Shown: positions 61,566 to 64,000 of the stretch, in pieces
Layout of the letters: each line of letters opens with the position of its first letter
Position numbering within the stretch: the first letter of the stretch is position 1
Source: Chrysomallon squamiferum
Lineage: Eukaryota > Animalia > Mollusca
Direction: 5' to 3'
Assembly: GCA_012295275.1 (NCBI GenBank)
Contig: CM022672.1
Location: 10,168,001 to 10,232,000, forward strand
DNA length: 64,000 bases
Program-made: the position numbers and the translations under genes
The notes under the pieces: model-generated
Databases searched by the model: none
The model's input: the letters and a program-made list of their open reading frames with translations, nothing else
Told to the model about the DNA's origin: nothing

Positions 61566-62671
61566 GGCCAAAAAGAAACACCAACACAAGCTGCCTGGCT
61601 GAGTAAGGTAAAGACACACTTTTTCATTTGATTTATTAATTGTTTTCATTTTAATCTACTGTATTTTAAAATATAGAAAATTACTGGATCATCAGATATA
61701 TTAAAAACATTCTATCTTTCAAGTTAACACCACACCAACAAAACAAAATATAAAGAAAAATATTAAATCCAGTTTTACAAATGCATTTCACTATATAAAC
61801 TCCATGTACTGACAGTTGTATGAACTGTAATAGAGACCAGAATGAACGATGGAAAATACTAAGTTTTTTTTTAATTTTTCCAAGCAAAGATGCATGGTTT
61901 CTTGGTGTGCTTTATTTCAGAATTAACAGGATTGATCAATTAAGATAGATTTTCTTGGTTTATAGGTGTTGCCTGTTGCCAGTAAAGTTGGAGTAGATCC
62001 ATTTCTTCTGTCTGTGGGTAAGTGTTGTGGTGTGTTCCACAAGGGCATCTTGTAGTGTAAATTTGTTCTTTTTATTTGGTTTTGTTTTGTTTGTCACCTT
62101 GTGACCCAAAAAACAACAACAAATGTTTTTTTTTTTTTTAAATAATTAAAAAAATAAAATTAATTAATTAAAAAAACAAAACAATATATATATACTATGT
62201 TGTAATATTGATCCTCTAAGTTATTTTATAAAGTCACACACACACACACACACACACACAAAAACATATTTTTATTTTATATAATATTACAATACATTTT
62301 ATACATGCACAAAACAGAATTAAAACCATTCTTTGTTTATTAACCCAGAGAGCTGGAAACCTCTAGCCAAAGAGCTGAAGACAAATGGACATGTTCTGGT
62401 TCCTGTTAGTGAAAACTTGGTGGACCTTGTCTGGGATAATCGACCTCCACCTCCAAATAATACTCTTATTACTCTATCCAAAAAATACACTGGTAAGTAA
62501 ATTATTTTATATACACATACATATACATATACATATACATGCATGTGTGTGTGTGTGTGTGTGTGTATATGTATATATACAGTTATAATCTACCTGTAAA
62601 TGTATAAATATTTATTTCATAATTATAGATGTATTAAAAATAAGGTATACAAATTATATAAAATTATGTAT

Positions 62672-62715
<44 letters not shown>

Positions 62716-63968
62716 TATATGTTATTTGTTTGATGTTTACATGCATTAGCTTGATATTGTTCATTGATATAGAAGACTATAGCAGGTTAAAGACAATTCA
62801 TATCTTTATTTTAAAAGAGTGTCATATTATATTTAATGTACCAGGTGTTTATTTACCTGAAATAAGCTACATCTTAATTATAACAGCTAAGGTTCTGACA
62901 AAAAGTATCAGTCGCATTGCTCAATATACCAACACTACCCAGTATACTTAGATCCTACTTAGATAGCAGTTTGCTGTCTTATTTTTTTATATTAAACTAT
63001 TAGAAGTAGTAGAGGTAATGGTAATAGTAGTGGTAGCAGTAGCAATAGTGGTAGCAATAGTAGTAGTAGTAGTAGCAGCAGCAGCAGCAGCAGTAGTAGT
63101 AACAGTAGAATATCTACTCATAACAGCTTTTTAAAATTATTTTATGTATATTAACTAATATTTTGTCAGGGCTAAGCTGGCAGGAAAAGGTGAAGAAAGT
63201 GAGAGACAAGATGCACACAAAGAAAGCTACAGCCATTGTTATAACCGCCCTAGATGAGGTGGCATGTCAGTAATATTTTTGAGAATATATTCTCATTATT
63301 ATTATTATTATTGCTTTTTAATACTTCAAGAACACTGAAATAAAAGTTAAGTGTTTAACAACACTTCAGCATATTTTCTTCTTATTTTTTTTATTTCAAA
63401 TTAGTAATTAGGAATATATCAATCAGTACACAAGGCTATCTTGATATGTTTTAATATTTATTTTAATAGGTGTAGAATTTGGTTTTAATATAATGATAAT
63501 ATGAGTGAAAAAACTTGTTGCCACTATGTTTTAGGCTTCTCTAATTGATCACCAATAAAGGTTGTTTTATATCCACATTTTGAAAGACTGAAAAACTGAT
63601 TCCTGTAATAAGCCATTCTCGGGTTATTGGTAGGAACAGGATATAGTCCAGTAGGCACAGAGTTGCATTTAAAGCCATTGTTCATCCTACAATTTAATTG
63701 CTTTTAAGGTTTCAGTTTGCATTTTAAAAAGTAAAAAAAAATCAATTAATTTCTCAAAAATTTAATTACATGTCTTAATACCGTGGTTATGATTTTAAAA
63801 ACTATTTCTCTAATAAAAAGAGTTAATTACATAAAAGTAAAGATTTATAAAAATGTTAAATGTATTTGGTACTGATGTATTTTCAGGGTTATTCAACCTC
63901 CGAGGATCTGATATAGAATTTAATCCAGTTTTCTATGCCTATGCAGTTGTTACCTTTGATGGTGTTTA
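60166..63968 (+). CDS. XPNPEP1: Xaa-Pro aminopeptidase 1 (cytosolic aminopeptidase P), 5' part; gene continues beyond the window
   Basis: Exons 60166-60282 (acceptor at 60142-60143), 60875-60938, 61219-61323, 61567-61607, 61966-62017, 62349-62492, 63170-63265, 63887-63968. Peptides [84 protein letters not shown]. No signal peptide. Confidence 0.96.
63343..63700 (-). mobile_element. Highly degraded SINE-like copy
   Basis: tgtttaacaacacttcagcatattt and aaaacttgttgccact segments occur in the same order as the corresponding motifs of the 15.7 and 29.3 kb copies. Confidence 0.4.
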
Positions 63969-64000
63969 GTGAGTAATATTGTTTATATTTTTTCAATGTA

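Overview
AT-rich, microsatellite-dense animal genomic DNA. It is probably a gastropod mollusc, inferred from protein divergence and a recurring SINE-like repeat; the species cannot be established from the sequence alone. Almost all ORFs in the supplied track are spurious, and the real genes are spliced. I traced exons by hand, checking splice dinucleotides and phase, for six genes. (1) A 5'-truncated TspanC8-type tetraspanin (+, <1-6545). (2) Exportin-7/XPO7 (-, 30 coding exons, about 1103 aa) with two U12-type introns, one of them AT-AC. (3) EDRF1 (-, about 22 exons) with one exon scrambled by indels. (4) A clan-3 cytochrome P450 (+, 13 exons, about 517 aa). (5) An intronless COMMD3 (-). (6) A 3'-truncated XPNPEP1 (+), head-to-head with COMMD3. 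The most unusual signal is three unrelated intronic tandem arrays, each built from a copy of the adjacent exon/intron junction: two acceptor arrays and one donor array. They stack up to about 12 decoy splice sites beside the real one. A MITE with 26-bp TIRs, degraded SINE copies and candidate promoter motifs are also present.
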